Shown: in pieces, positions 19,985 through 30,567 of the stretch
How positions within the stretch are numbered: the first letter of the stretch is position 1
How the letters are laid out: each line of letters starts with the position of its first letter
DNA from: Escherichia phage ECML-359
Sequence record: OL631482.1
DNA: 64,000 nt
Direction: 5' to 3' (one strand)
Notes under the pieces: generated by a model
What the model was told of the DNA's origin: nothing
Seen by the model: the letters and a program-made list of their open reading frames with translations, nothing else
Databases searched by the model: none
Program-made: the position numbers and the translations under genes

Positions 19985-21150
19985 CAGCTAAATCTATGCA
20001 GCGTGAAGGCTTTCCTAATATCAGTATACGCCTTTACGAAGATTATGATGCCTGGCTCGAACACCGTTTTGTAGAACTGGCTGCGACATTTACAACCATG
20101 ACCATGCGTGATTCCCTTTACGGAAGAAACGAAGGTCTGTTGCAATTCTACGACACAAAGAACTTACATACAAAAATGAACGGTGAACAAATTATACAAG
20201 TCTCCGTTAAGAATGCCAACTCAGACCGAACCCAATCCAGAATATATGGAAGCAAACACTTTGCAGTTTCTGTGGATTCAAAAGGCGATAATATAATTAC
20301 AATTCAGCTGGCTCCTATTCACGAAATTGAAGACCTGAAATTTAGTCGTATGTTTTACCCGAGTGTACAGGAAACATTAGTCGAAATGACCGGGGTAATT
20401 TATCAGGATAGACCGTTGCTTTCTCCACCAATAAACGGCATAAACGTTTATGCTCCTAACGTTCCATGGTGTGATTCGATGAACCGATATATGGAATTCA
20501 TAAGGGAAGTTGGTCTGGCAGTAGAAACTGATAAATTTGTTTTTGTATGGGAAGATATTGATGGAATAAGTATCCAGGATTATGAATGGTTAACATCACA
20601 AGAGCCAATTAATTTCGTGGTGGGTGAACCTCGATTGGTTGGCCAGTTTGTACAAAACCTCGAGACTCCATTGGCCTTCGATTTTGAATGGTTAACAAAG
20701 GCGAACCAACACACAAGAAAACCATACGAAAACGCAACCGTGTATGCACATTCATTCCTTGACAAGAACGCAACCAGAATAACTTTTGGGGAAGGACAAA
20801 ACAGCATTCTGGTATCTCGTTCAGGCGGCTATTCGGATTATACATACCGAAACGGTTTCGAAGAAGCGCAACGATTAATAACCATGTCTCAATATGATGG
20901 TTACGCGCATTGCAAAACATACGGGAACTTTGAATTAACCCCGGGTGATAAGATAAATTTCTATGACCCGAAGAACCAATTCAAATATGATTTTTACGTA
21001 GACGAAGTTATTCATGAAGTGAGTAACAATACATCAATTACAAACCTCTATATGTTTACCAATGGTAAGCCTATTGAAGTTGAAGAGCCACCAAAGGTTA
21101 AAAATGAACTTAAAACTGATTCTGCCGACGAAGAAAATACAGCTGGGTGA
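19981..21150 (+). CDS. 27: Baseplate hub protein gp27
   Basis: 389 aa; synteny and size; ATGA overlap with gene 51. Confidence 0.85.
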   Translation: MTAKSMQREGFPNISIRLYEDYDAWLEHRFVELAATFTTMTMRDSLYGRNEGLLQFYDTKNLHTKMNGEQIIQVSVKNANSDRTQSRIYGSKHFAVSVDSKGDNIITIQLAPIHEIEDLKFSRMFYPSVQETLVEMTGVIYQDRPLLSPPINGINVYAPNVPWCDSMNRYMEFIREVGLAVETDKFVFVWEDIDGISIQDYEWLTSQEPINFVVGEPRLVGQFVQNLETPLAFDFEWLTKANQHTRKPYENATVYAHSFLDKNATRITFGEGQNSILVSRSGGYSDYTYRNGFEEAQRLITMSQYDGYAHCKTYGNFELTPGDKINFYDPKNQFKYDFYVDEVIHEVSNNTSITNLYMFTNGKPIEVEEPPKVKNELKTDSADEENTAG

Positions 21151-21622
21151 TAAAGAGATTCACATTCCTAAGCTGGGTCTTAAACATCACAATCTGATTA
21201 AAAACGAACCTAACCCATACGCTGCCTTAAAAAAGATTATGCAATCGATATTCCCTAATCTTACAGCAGCTGAATCCGACTTTGTATCTTTACATCTTCT
21301 GGAATTTAATGGTAAGCTAAAAGACAAACGCGAGATTGATGGGTTTACATATAAGCTGGATGATGTTTATATCTGTCAGCGCCTTGAATTCTCTTATCAA
21401 GGAAAAACATTTAAATTCCGCTCTAATAAACCGTATGAAGAATTCGGACCAGTAGACAATCTCCTGGAGACCCTTTATCTCGGGGAAGACGTTCCAGACT
21501 TTCTGGATATGCCTGCTTTTGTTGCTAAGTGGGCAGACGATATCACAAGCACATTAGCAATCCCGGGACCGAATGGTCCTGTTAAGGGGTTACTGAAAAT
21601 AATGGAACTCCTAAATGAATAA
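21104..21622 (+). CDS. 28: Baseplate hub distal protein gp28
   Basis: About 172 aa from the internal ATG ([11 protein letters not shown]...), which has an AAGG ribosome-binding site; overlaps the gene 27 3' end in another frame. Confidence 0.75.
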   Translation: MNLKLILPTKKIQLGDKEIHIPKLGLKHHNLIKNEPNPYAALKKIMQSIFPNLTAAESDFVSLHLLEFNGKLKDKREIDGFTYKLDDVYICQRLEFSYQGKTFKFRSNKPYEEFGPVDNLLETLYLGEDVPDFLDMPAFVAKWADDITSTLAIPGPNGPVKGLLKIMELLNE

Positions 21623-23360
21623 GAACTCCGAACAAACAAGCTTCAGACGCGGTGGACCGAATAAAAAGCTTATTGAAGAATTAGCACCACAAAGGAGGGC
21701 GGAAGCCCTCTCTGCCGAACAGAATGACGAACTATCGAATCTGAATACAACTCTTACAAATACACAAGCTGCAACCGAACTTGTGTCGGAAGCTATTGAG
21801 GATAAGGGTAATCAGATTATCGAGAATATCCAAACCAATAATGGAGTCCTCCAGGATATCAGTGCTGGGGTCGAACTGACGGCCGAAGCCACCGAGAAGA
21901 CTCAACAAGGGATTAAAAACCTCACGGATATTCTCTCGGATAAACTCGACAAACTCAGTGCAATGATAAGTGGTAAACTAGGTGTCACGTCTCCTGTAGC
22001 TGGTTCTGAAAGCCTTAAACCTGTGGAGGATGCATTACCAGAGCCTGAAGAGAATAAGCCCACGGCGAGCGTTCCAGAGCTCATACCGCCAGAAGAACAA
22101 AAGCCAGACGCAGACTTCATTCCAGAACCAGAACAACCAAAAAACGATGCAGAAGGCAAAGAGACTAATACCTGGTCACTTAGCGATAAGCTTGACACCC
22201 TTTCAAAGATAACCGAAAAAGGATTTAAGGCATCGATTTCTGTTGCTGACCGAATCTCTGGGATGTTGTTCAAATACACAATTACGGCCGCTGCCGAAGC
22301 AGCCAAGCTTATTGGTGGATTATTGCTGTTGGTATTTGGTATCGATGCGATACGAGTTTATTTTCAATATTTCATGAAACAATTCGAAAAAGGATGGGCC
22401 GAATTTAATGACAAGTTCAAAGAATGGGGGCCATTACTCGAAGGACTAATGACTTGGGCTAAGAATGCTGAAGCGATGTTTAGTGAAAGGAACTGGTTGG
22501 GATTAGCTGAAGCTATTATCCGTGGGATGGTTAACTTAACGAAGAACATGGCTCAACTTCTTATGCTTGGGATTTCGAAACTGATTTCAGCTATCTTAAG
22601 CAAAATCCCTGGGATGGGTGATTTAGCAGATAATGTGGAAGCCTCGGCTTTGATGTCTTATCAGCAAAATACAGGGGCAACTCTGGATGATGAAGACCAA
22701 ACCAAGATAGCAAAATATCATGACAAACGTTCGGCTGAAGCAATGAAAGCTGCAGAGAAGATGAATAAGAAGTATAAGGATAAGCCTGAACTAATTAATC
22801 AAGCCGAAAAATATGGTAACCTTACCAAGGAACAAGCTGACCAGCTTCGCGCGGGTGGTATTGACACAAGCTTCAGAGACCTTCCAGAAGAAGAACGTCT
22901 GGACTATTTCAAGAAGCGTGACAAAGCACAGGCTGATATTATTCGTTTGACCCAAACTGCTGACAACCTAATGAAGCCAGATGCGACCGATAAAAAGAAT
23001 GCGCTGGAAATGAGAGCTAACATTGAAAAACAATTAGCTGACCCTGCTATGGCAAAAGGTGGAGCTCCGAAAGACTTGAATATGCGTGCTCTCCTGGAAA
23101 AACTTGATAAGTCTCTTGAGAAGTTCAAAGATGAACCAAAGGTTAAACCGCCAGACATTAAGACTTCTCCGGATGCGCAACAAGCCGCGAAGGTTGATGA
23201 AGGCATGAAGGCCAAAGAAAATAAATACAAGGATGTACCAGCTCAGGCCCAAATTAACACGGTCAATAATATTCAGAAGACTTCCAGGACGCACTACAAT
23301 ATGCCTCCCCAAAGTTCAACCCCTGCCCCTGGCATGAGACAGGCTACGAGAATTAACTAA
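21615..23360 (+). CDS. 29: Baseplate hub / tail length determinator gp29
   Basis: 581 aa; long, partly helical, low-complexity protein at the T4 gene 29 position. Confidence 0.85.
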   Translation: MNKNSEQTSFRRGGPNKKLIEELAPQRRAEALSAEQNDELSNLNTTLTNTQAATELVSEAIEDKGNQIIENIQTNNGVLQDISAGVELTAEATEKTQQGIKNLTDILSDKLDKLSAMISGKLGVTSPVAGSESLKPVEDALPEPEENKPTASVPELIPPEEQKPDADFIPEPEQPKNDAEGKETNTWSLSDKLDTLSKITEKGFKASISVADRISGMLFKYTITAAAEAAKLIGGLLLLVFGIDAIRVYFQYFMKQFEKGWAEFNDKFKEWGPLLEGLMTWAKNAEAMFSERNWLGLAEAIIRGMVNLTKNMAQLLMLGISKLISAILSKIPGMGDLADNVEASALMSYQQNTGATLDDEDQTKIAKYHDKRSAEAMKAAEKMNKKYKDKPELINQAEKYGNLTKEQADQLRAGGIDTSFRDLPEEERLDYFKKRDKAQADIIRLTQTADNLMKPDATDKKNALEMRANIEKQLADPAMAKGGAPKDLNMRALLEKLDKSLEKFKDEPKVKPPDIKTSPDAQQAAKVDEGMKAKENKYKDVPAQAQINTVNNIQKTSRTHYNMPPQSSTPAPGMRQATRIN

Positions 23361-23368
23361 GGAATAAT

Positions 23369-24463
23369 ATGAAAGTAAAAGAACTCGATATTGATATTGC
23401 GGGTTTGTTTAACGGAGGTTCTAAGACCTCCGCGGGGCAGTCAAAAGCTGCCCCGACTCAAGCTACTATTGTGGCGCAATATCCAGCAGAACGAGCTTCC
23501 GGTAATGATTCTTCAGATGATATGCGAGTTAATGACCTTTATAAAAATGGTCTGTTATTCACGGCATACAATTTCAGTTCAAGAACATCTCCGGAATTAC
23601 GCTCAGATAGGTCAAGCCAATTGACTTCATTAAAGAACGTTTCAAATGGTGCTTCATTTAACCCGGTTAAAAGTTTAACATCTTTTGCTAAATCGAAATT
23701 AACCGGGGCTGGCTCAACAGGTAAAAGTTTTGATTCAAATGCTGTTGCAAATATCCTGTTGCCTCGTTCGAAGTCTGATGTAGAATCCGTGTCGCATCGA
23801 TTCAATGATGTTGGTGAATCTCTTATTACGAAAGGGGGTGGCTCAGCCACCGGTATTCTTAGTAACATCGCATCGACTGCAGTTTTCGGCGCACTCGAAT
23901 CAGTTACAAACGGTGTAATGGCCGACCACGGTGAACAGATTTACACAACCGCACGAAGCATGTATGCTGGCCCGGACAACAGGACAAAAGTTTATACCTG
24001 GGAAATGACTCCACGTTCGGCCCAGGACTTAATCCAGATAGTGAAGATATACGAGATTTTTAACTATTACTCCTATGGGGAAACAGGTAAAAGTTCGTTT
24101 GCTTCCGAGTTGAAAGATAAAATCGACACATGGTATAAATCCACCTTCAAAAAAGAAGCAATCGATAACTTTGATGGTAAGTTACTCGGTGAAGAGATAA
24201 CAAGCTTCCTAACGAACGTTCTGGTGGTCTCTAACCCTACTATCTGGTATATCCGCAACTTCGGTGATACAAGCTCGTATGATGGTCGTGGGGAGCTATT
24301 TGGGCCATGCCAGATTCAGAGCATAAGATTTGATAAATCTCCGGATGGTCATTTCGGTGGATTAGCTATTGCTCCTAACCTGCCATCGACTTTTGTACTT
24401 GAAATCACTTTCCGTGAAATCATTACGCTTAACCGTGGCTCGTTATATGCGGAGGGTTTCTAA
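23369..24463 (+). CDS. 48: Baseplate tail-tube junction protein gp48
   Basis: 364 aa, same length as T4 gp48; synteny. Confidence 0.85.
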   Translation: MKVKELDIDIAGLFNGGSKTSAGQSKAAPTQATIVAQYPAERASGNDSSDDMRVNDLYKNGLLFTAYNFSSRTSPELRSDRSSQLTSLKNVSNGASFNPVKSLTSFAKSKLTGAGSTGKSFDSNAVANILLPRSKSDVESVSHRFNDVGESLITKGGGSATGILSNIASTAVFGALESVTNGVMADHGEQIYTTARSMYAGPDNRTKVYTWEMTPRSAQDLIQIVKIYEIFNYYSYGETGKSSFASELKDKIDTWYKSTFKKEAIDNFDGKLLGEEITSFLTNVLVVSNPTIWYIRNFGDTSSYDGRGELFGPCQIQSIRFDKSPDGHFGGLAIAPNLPSTFVLEITFREIITLNRGSLYAEGF

Positions 24464-25422
24464 TGTTTACTTTACAAGAATTCCAAACGCAGGCGATTAA
24501 TATCGACTTACAAAGGAATAACCTTTTTAGTGTGGTCTTCGCGACCACACCTTCCTCCAAATCTCAGAATCTTCTGGACCAGTTTGGTGGCGCATTATTC
24601 AGCAACCTTCCTGTTAACTCAGATTGGTTTGGTTTAACGCAAGGCGACTTAACTCAAGGGATAACAACTCTTGTTACTGCTGGGACACAAAAGCTTATTC
24701 GCAAATCAGGGATAAGCAAATATCTTATCGGGGCAATGAGTAACCGTGTTGTGCAATCATTATTGGGGGAATTCGAGGTTGGTACTTACCTGCTTGATTT
24801 CTTTAATATGGCCTATCCAACGGCTGGTCTATTGGTCCACTCTGTTAAGCTTCCGGATAACACGTTGAACTACGAAATGGACCTCAACCATAACGCACCA
24901 AATATCAAGATAACAGGAAGAGAATATTCTCCATTGGTATTGAGCTTTAGAATGGATTCAGAGGCAGGGAACTACAGAGCATTTAACGATTGGGTTAACT
25001 CTGTGCAAGACCCAGTTACCCAGCTAAGGGCCTTGCCTGAAGACGTTGAAGCTGATATTCAGGTTAACCTTCACTCACGTAATGGATTGCCGCATACGGT
25101 TGTTATGCTAACTGGTTGTGTTCCTGTAAGTGTATCAGCGCCTGAATTGAGTTATGAAGGGGATAATCAGATAGCTACATTTGATGTGACTTTTGCTTAT
25201 CGCGTTATGTCAACTGGTGCGGTGGGAAGAGCTGCTGCATTGGAATGGTTAGAAGATAAGGTTATTAAGGGTGTATCTGGTATTAGTTCAGATAATAACT
25301 TGAACGCCGAAGTTGCCAAATTGAGTCGCTTGTCTGGTGCTCAATCTGGATTAACAAGTCTATACAATACGTTCACTGGTTCTGGGAGAACAATCTCCGG
25401 TGGAAGTCAACGTATATTATAA
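24463..25422 (+). CDS. 54: Baseplate tail-tube initiator gp54
   Basis: 319 aa; ATGA overlap with gene 48; followed by a strong hairpin terminator. Confidence 0.85.
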   Translation: MFTLQEFQTQAINIDLQRNNLFSVVFATTPSSKSQNLLDQFGGALFSNLPVNSDWFGLTQGDLTQGITTLVTAGTQKLIRKSGISKYLIGAMSNRVVQSLLGEFEVGTYLLDFFNMAYPTAGLLVHSVKLPDNTLNYEMDLNHNAPNIKITGREYSPLVLSFRMDSEAGNYRAFNDWVNSVQDPVTQLRALPEDVEADIQVNLHSRNGLPHTVVMLTGCVPVSVSAPELSYEGDNQIATFDVTFAYRVMSTGAVGRAAALEWLEDKVIKGVSGISSDNNLNAEVAKLSRLSGAQSGLTSLYNTFTGSGRTISGGSQRIL

Positions 25423-25429
25423 AAAGAAA

Positions 25430-25454
25430 GGGACCCGAAGGTCCCTTTTTATTT
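25430..25454 (+). terminator. Intrinsic terminator after gene 54
   Basis: GGGACC-cgaa-GGTCCC followed by TTTTTATTT. Confidence 0.85.
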
Positions 25455-25739
25455 GCGGAATGAAATGAAACCTGCTGCAGTCATTACAGCTTCTTTCTTA
25501 GCAAAGACTGTAATTGCAATTGGTGCTTCAGATTCAAGTTGTCCAGTTACTACACCATTAAAAATATTTTCTGTTTGTTCAGAATTTACAAAGTTTTCAA
25601 CAGGGCGAAGGTCAAACTTCTTATCTTCACCAAATACACGGCGCAATTCATTACCCACCGCGCTGTCAAACTCTTCTGAAGCCGGGATAACATTCTCAAC
25701 TACCAGTTCCTGACCGTTAAAGCGAAAAGATGATTTCAT
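25449..25739 (-). CDS. Hypothetical protein (T4 alt-upstream region)
   Basis: About 96 aa from the internal ATG (MKSSFRFNGQ...), which has a GAGGAAA ribosome-binding site; an early-type promoter lies upstream. Confidence 0.5.
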   Translation of the reverse strand: MKSSFRFNGQELVVENVIPASEEFDSAVGNELRRVFGEDKKFDLRPVENFVNSEQTENIFNGVVTGQLESEAPIAITVFAKKEAVMTAAGFISFRK

Positions 25740-25802
25740 TTTGTTTTCCTCATGTGTAATTGATATGAACATTGTATCGCACTTCCTTGTGCTTGTAAAC
25801 CC

Positions 25803-27863
25803 CTATGAAAGGAATTTAGGAGGAATAGCTTCCAAATTAATACAACTAGCAAGAATACCAAGCCCTTGATTGACTTTCTTCGTTACCCCAGAGGATGCAA
25901 ACGATGCAAAGTCAACAGATTCTACTGGCTCTTCTGTTTCCTCGCCCTGATAAACGACAAGCTCACCAGTTTCTATCAACACATCACCATCATAGATAAC
26001 TGCATTTTCATCCAGTTGGTCCGTGGTCTGGATATCAGCTTCCAGCATTTTGACGTTCGCGTTTCCTTGATACGAAGCATCAGTAATTTTGGTAATCTTA
26101 ACTACAGTCCCACGAGGAAGAATAACTTCCTGCTCGGATGGGTTGCTTGACAATTCCCCAGGAACAATTACGTTAATTAAGTCCGCCCCAGAAATTTTCC
26201 AACCAACATGCATCATTACGTGGTCGCGGCGTGCTTCCGGCATATCTGGTAAAACAATTTCGTCATCAGCCTGGAAAGATGTCCCATCACGATAGTCCTG
26301 ATGAACTGCAGCCATAGCAACGTTCGCCACCCAGCCACCAAAGATAATCGGTTTAAACGACGTTGATACATAGTTCCTGAAATAAAATAATTTAGATTTC
26401 TTAATTTTATCAAATGTAGGAACGTTTAAATATTGACCACGCCAAAGAGTTGTATTAGGCGGCAACTTATGTCCAATTTCAAAGGCCGAATCCAATTCCT
26501 TAATTGTTTCGACAACTCTGTCTAGATTTAGGAATTCAGCTTCTTCTTCATAATATTTGCCCATCAAATAATTATTAATATCGGCATAGTTTGCTCCACA
26601 ATAATCTGCAATTGCTTCTCGCTGACCATAATGGAAACGGTTGTCAGTATACCCTGCTGTGAAATTAAGAGTATTTTCTGATGCTTCTTCAGCAAAGTCT
26701 TTAACTGCAACACGAATGGCGCTTGTGTATTCTTTTTCCCAGAGCGAGGCTGCATAAGTGGCTGCATCCACATTAGGAGGAGCATCATTCATTTTTCTTT
26801 CGATAAATGCGGCTTTGCGAAGGTTAAGAATCTCTGCGCATGATTCGGCAAAAATCTGCATCTGCTTCATACTACCAACTGGAGCACGTTTAAGTTCGCG
26901 ATGCATACGGTTAAAAATTGGGTCAGAGTCTTCAACACGAATTTCTTCTTTCCAAACACCATTTGCTCGCATAGCCGTATCTGCTGCGCGCATACGAGCC
27001 ATAGTATTCGTTTCGGAAGGTCGAACAAAAATTTCCAGTTCTTCATAATCATCGATAAGTTCTGCCGTAGCCGGTCGACTAAACTTAGCAGCTTCTGCAT
27101 CAATTTCGTCCCAACCTTCTGGCACGGAATCCATTGGGGCGTACTGGGCTTGTGCAATAGCTCGGCGACTGATTTTAGTTTTCTGGGCAACAGCAGCATC
27201 GGTCTTTTTGTTTGCTGCGTCAATCAGAATCTCGGCTGCAATTTCTTGTTTGGATACTTGTGCACCATTATCTTTATTGGTGAATACATCACCAACTTTA
27301 GTTTCGACTTTTTTATATTTCTCAGGGACTGGTGGCATACCATCGACTGAAAGCAGGTCAACACCCCTTTTGTACATAATTACATAAGCGTTCTTTTTAC
27401 CAAGGCCAGAAGCATTCGGAAGAACATGATAACGTCCGCTGGTTTTCATTTGAATCAGTCGATTCATAATACGAATAATAGCTTGGTCTTGTCCTTTCAT
27501 CTTTTTGGATGGGAAACGGAACAAGACTACATCAGGTTTGCCTAGTTTAATGCTTTCCCAGACTGTAGTAAAAATCAAGTTAATTGCATCAAGAGGTTTT
27601 TCACCTAAACCACCCTTCAGAGGAACAGCATGGCCATGTGAAGTCCCGGATAACAGAAATACCTCGGCAATTGCATCACCGCGTTTATATTGTTTAACTG
27701 TTTCTTTGCCCGTGAATTGCATCAAACGGGCCATAAGAGAATTGGTCCCAGGAACACCGAATTGCCAAACCTGTGGGACCTTGTATTTTGGATTCATATT
27801 AATGACAGGATAACCGAAGGTTTCGATATATTTGTCAAAGAGTTCATTTAATTGTTCAGACAT
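25803..27863 (-). CDS. alt: Alt ADP-ribosyltransferase (packaged)
   Basis: 686 aa; KVETKVGDVFTNKDNGAQVSK...KISRRAIAQAQ matches T4 Alt as recalled; minus-strand TATAAATA immediately upstream. Confidence 0.9.
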   Translation of the reverse strand: MSEQLNELFDKYIETFGYPVINMNPKYKVPQVWQFGVPGTNSLMARLMQFTGKETVKQYKRGDAIAEVFLLSGTSHGHAVPLKGGLGEKPLDAINLIFTTVWESIKLGKPDVVLFRFPSKKMKGQDQAIIRIMNRLIQMKTSGRYHVLPNASGLGKKNAYVIMYKRGVDLLSVDGMPPVPEKYKKVETKVGDVFTNKDNGAQVSKQEIAAEILIDAANKKTDAAVAQKTKISRRAIAQAQYAPMDSVPEGWDEIDAEAAKFSRPATAELIDDYEELEIFVRPSETNTMARMRAADTAMRANGVWKEEIRVEDSDPIFNRMHRELKRAPVGSMKQMQIFAESCAEILNLRKAAFIERKMNDAPPNVDAATYAASLWEKEYTSAIRVAVKDFAEEASENTLNFTAGYTDNRFHYGQREAIADYCGANYADINNYLMGKYYEEEAEFLNLDRVVETIKELDSAFEIGHKLPPNTTLWRGQYLNVPTFDKIKKSKLFYFRNYVSTSFKPIIFGGWVANVAMAAVHQDYRDGTSFQADDEIVLPDMPEARRDHVMMHVGWKISGADLINVIVPGELSSNPSEQEVILPRGTVVKITKITDASYQGNANVKMLEADIQTTDQLDENAVIYDGDVLIETGELVVYQGEETEEPVESVDFASFASSGVTKKVNQGLGILASCINLEAIPPKFLS

Positions 27864-27888
27864 AATAGGTTCCTTATAAAATATGATG

Positions 27889-27896
27889 TATTTATA
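27889..27896 (-). promoter_or_regulatory. Late promoter (TATAAATA on minus strand) for alt
   Basis: Minus strand reads TAGTATAAATACATCATATTTTATAAGGAACCTATTATG; consistent with late expression of the virion-packaged Alt. Confidence 0.7.
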
Positions 27897-27898
27897 CT

Positions 27899-27916
27899 AA
27901 AAAAGGGCCGAAGCCC
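27899..27916 (-). terminator. Intrinsic terminator after the DNA ligase gene
   Basis: GGGC-cgaa-GCCC hairpin with flanking A/T runs, between the ligase stop and the alt late promoter. Confidence 0.65.
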
Positions 27917-27921
27917 TTTTG

Positions 27922-29454
27922 TTATTTTAATCCAGTCTTTGACCAGTCGCCAAATACATCTTCGAATGTGTCTGCATGGTCTTTATCAAAACGGAACCCT
28001 TTGATAATCGACAGGAACAATGCAACCGTATTATCTTTACGAGTCTCGGAAGTCAACCAACCATTGCATTCACAGTCGGCAATCATTCCAACCAATTCAC
28101 CTTTACGTGCTTTAACCATCAAGGCTTCACGGTCCATTTCATGACGCTCCTCAATCGGAATAGTAACCCATTTTTTGGTTTTCTTATCTTTGACTTGAGT
28201 TGTGTCTTTAAAACCAGAACCACAGTTATTTGTAATCTTACCACAAGAAGAACGAAGCACCACACCGCCAATCTTATTCGGGTCTTTATCGTGCTCGTAA
28301 TATCCAATGATTTCCATTGCAATGTCAATTACTTCTTTGAACTTATACAGGTTCTTTGAGCGCTTGTTTTCCCAAATCGATGCCATGTTCTTAAGGATAA
28401 TACCTTCAAGGCCTTCATCCACGTATTTCTTATAGATAACTTTCGCTTCATCAAGATTGTTAACAACATGGTTTTCAATCAGAATCATGCGGTCAAAACC
28501 ATGCAGCACCACGTTATCTGCAATCATCTTTTCCAGAACAGCAAAACGCACATCGTATTTCAACGGATTGAGAATCTTAACATCAGAATAGACTTCAATC
28601 AGCGGAACATAATCCCAAACCTGGAATTTCATACAAGAAGCTTCTGCTGCAGAAATAGTTCCTTTCAATGATTTGTTTGCCATACCATTTGAAAAGGTTC
28701 TTGATTCAGCAGTTTCTTTTGCAGGAGCAATCTCATCTGAATCGTCAAAAAGGAAGCCCAAACCGTCATTCTGGGGAGCTATTTTCTGTTCATGGTATAC
28801 TAACTCGCCATCAATTAAAACGCCCTCAGGATGTCTCTCGCGCGCTTCACGAGTAGCTTCAATCAATTCCTTTTTAAGGAGGTCAAGCTTGAGGTACTCA
28901 TTTCCGGCTCGGGATAACAATCGAACATCATCCAACTCATCGCCGCGAACTTCTGCAAAACACCGAGCGCCATCGGCTTTCAATTGTGCAAAGGCCGGGA
29001 ACTTAATGTTCTTAGCAATACCAGCTTCATCATAAGAAGAAGCGAGCATCTGCGGTTGTTCAGGAATTAAACCTTTCCAAACCTTATTCGCAATTGATAC
29101 AGATGCACCACATTCCAGGTCACGCATCATCACACGCCGCAAGACTTCAACATCGGCCTTTTTACCATCTGCAATATAACCAGATAATTCCTCGATTGCC
29201 GCATTACCTGTTAATTTGCGAGAGGCTAATGTGAATTCGATAAAGTCAAGCATATCATCGATATTCAACATACCAAAGCTTTGAGTCGTTGCCCCAGGTT
29301 TTGGCCATTTCTTTATATAGAACTGGATGCCTTTGGAATATGTCAAACGATACACGCGTTTAAGGGTTTCATTATCAGAATACGATTCTAAGATAGCTTG
29401 TTTCTCTTTAGTAGAATCGGTTGCAGCAATTTCATTTAAAATATCTAAAATCAT
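27922..29454 (-). CDS. 30: ATP-dependent DNA ligase gp30
   Basis: 510 aa; MILDILNEIAATDSTKEKQAILE...; adenylation motif KADGARC; extensive identity to T4 ligase as recalled. Confidence 0.95.
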   Translation of the reverse strand: MILDILNEIAATDSTKEKQAILESYSDNETLKRVYRLTYSKGIQFYIKKWPKPGATTQSFGMLNIDDMLDFIEFTLASRKLTGNAAIEELSGYIADGKKADVEVLRRVMMRDLECGASVSIANKVWKGLIPEQPQMLASSYDEAGIAKNIKFPAFAQLKADGARCFAEVRGDELDDVRLLSRAGNEYLKLDLLKKELIEATREARERHPEGVLIDGELVYHEQKIAPQNDGLGFLFDDSDEIAPAKETAESRTFSNGMANKSLKGTISAAEASCMKFQVWDYVPLIEVYSDVKILNPLKYDVRFAVLEKMIADNVVLHGFDRMILIENHVVNNLDEAKVIYKKYVDEGLEGIILKNMASIWENKRSKNLYKFKEVIDIAMEIIGYYEHDKDPNKIGGVVLRSSCGKITNNCGSGFKDTTQVKDKKTKKWVTIPIEERHEMDREALMVKARKGELVGMIADCECNGWLTSETRKDNTVALFLSIIKGFRFDKDHADTFEDVFGDWSKTGLK

Positions 29455-29464
29455 TAATCACCTC

Positions 29465-29746
29465 TTAGTCGTTGACTCTATTATATGCCACGTCTTCCAA
29501 AAGCAAATCCAGCCGCTTATGATAAGTGAACACAAATTTAGTTGCCCCGTCTGGTTTCATTTTGGTCATGAAGTGAATATAGATAAATCCTTGCTCAACG
29601 CATTCACGCCAAACGGGGTTATCTTTAGCCGGATTAATATCAAACGAGTAATTATGATTCACATGACGAATAAACTGATTAACATGACCGTAATCCATCG
29701 TGGTAGTTGGACCATGGTCAGAAATAGTATGAACGACAAACATCAA
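29465..29746 (-). CDS. Hypothetical protein (T4 30.1 position)
   Basis: 93 aa; 4-nt overlap with the upstream ORF. Confidence 0.5.
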   Translation of the reverse strand: MMFVVHTISDHGPTTTMDYGHVNQFIRHVNHNYSFDINPAKDNPVWRECVEQGFIYIHFMTKMKPDGATKFVFTYHKRLDLLLEDVAYNRVND

Positions 29747-30567
29747 TTACCCCCTTGGCCACCGGTCGGTTGATTGTACCAGTATTCAATACCAGTACCT
29801 ACACGCTGGCCATATTGATATGGATATGCTGGATTATATCCAGGAGTCCACGGTTGACCAGGCTGCCAGCCTTGCTGCATTTGTTGTTGAAGGCGTCGAG
29901 TTTCACGAAACAGCTCTTCCAGTTTACGGAGTTCATCTGGAGTGAATTCTGGTTTGACTGGTTCATCTTTGTGTTTCAGTTTAAGCTGTCCAGCAACATC
30001 GTCCCAATTAAAAACTTTGGAAGCTGTTTTAGGAATAGCATCACGTTCGCCGCGGGCCATCCAATAAACCGGAACCTCAAGAATTTCACTCGCATGGTCG
30101 CAATGGTGTGCAAGGTCATCAATATAACAAATGACATTATATTTGTCTTTTGCCTTCTGAAACAAATCCTCTTTAGAGGCTGTATGGCCACACATCATCA
30201 CTTCTTTAAACGCTCCAGGGAACAAAGCATTCAGGTTAAATTGACGATTCAAGCGTGCGTCAATGGAATCACCCAGGGCTGTAACAGCCACAAAATCATA
30301 TTGCTCTTTGAGGTTATTGATAACCCTTAATGCATCCGCATAAGGAGACAAATAGCGAATAAAGTCTGAACAGTTATATTTTTCAATTAACTGCGCGCCT
30401 AACTCTTCATCACAATTGAAAAGTTTACCAGGGGTCACAAATTTTTCGTCCTGAATCATCTTAAGGATATGTTCCAGGGGTAAATTATATTTTTGAGCGA
30501 AATAAGGTAAGCCAGACTGCCATGACAAACATACGCCATCAATATCTGTTAAAATAACGGGTTTCAT
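29743..30567 (-). CDS. HAD-superfamily-like protein with Q/G/P/Y-rich tail (T4 30.2 position)
   Basis: 274 aa; N-terminal ILTDIDGV resembles HAD motif I (DxDG); C-terminal about 45 aa is low complexity. Confidence 0.6.
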   Translation of the reverse strand: MKPVILTDIDGVCLSWQSGLPYFAQKYNLPLEHILKMIQDEKFVTPGKLFNCDEELGAQLIEKYNCSDFIRYLSPYADALRVINNLKEQYDFVAVTALGDSIDARLNRQFNLNALFPGAFKEVMMCGHTASKEDLFQKAKDKYNVICYIDDLAHHCDHASEILEVPVYWMARGERDAIPKTASKVFNWDDVAGQLKLKHKDEPVKPEFTPDELRKLEELFRETRRLQQQMQQGWQPGQPWTPGYNPAYPYQYGQRVGTGIEYWYNQPTGGQGGN

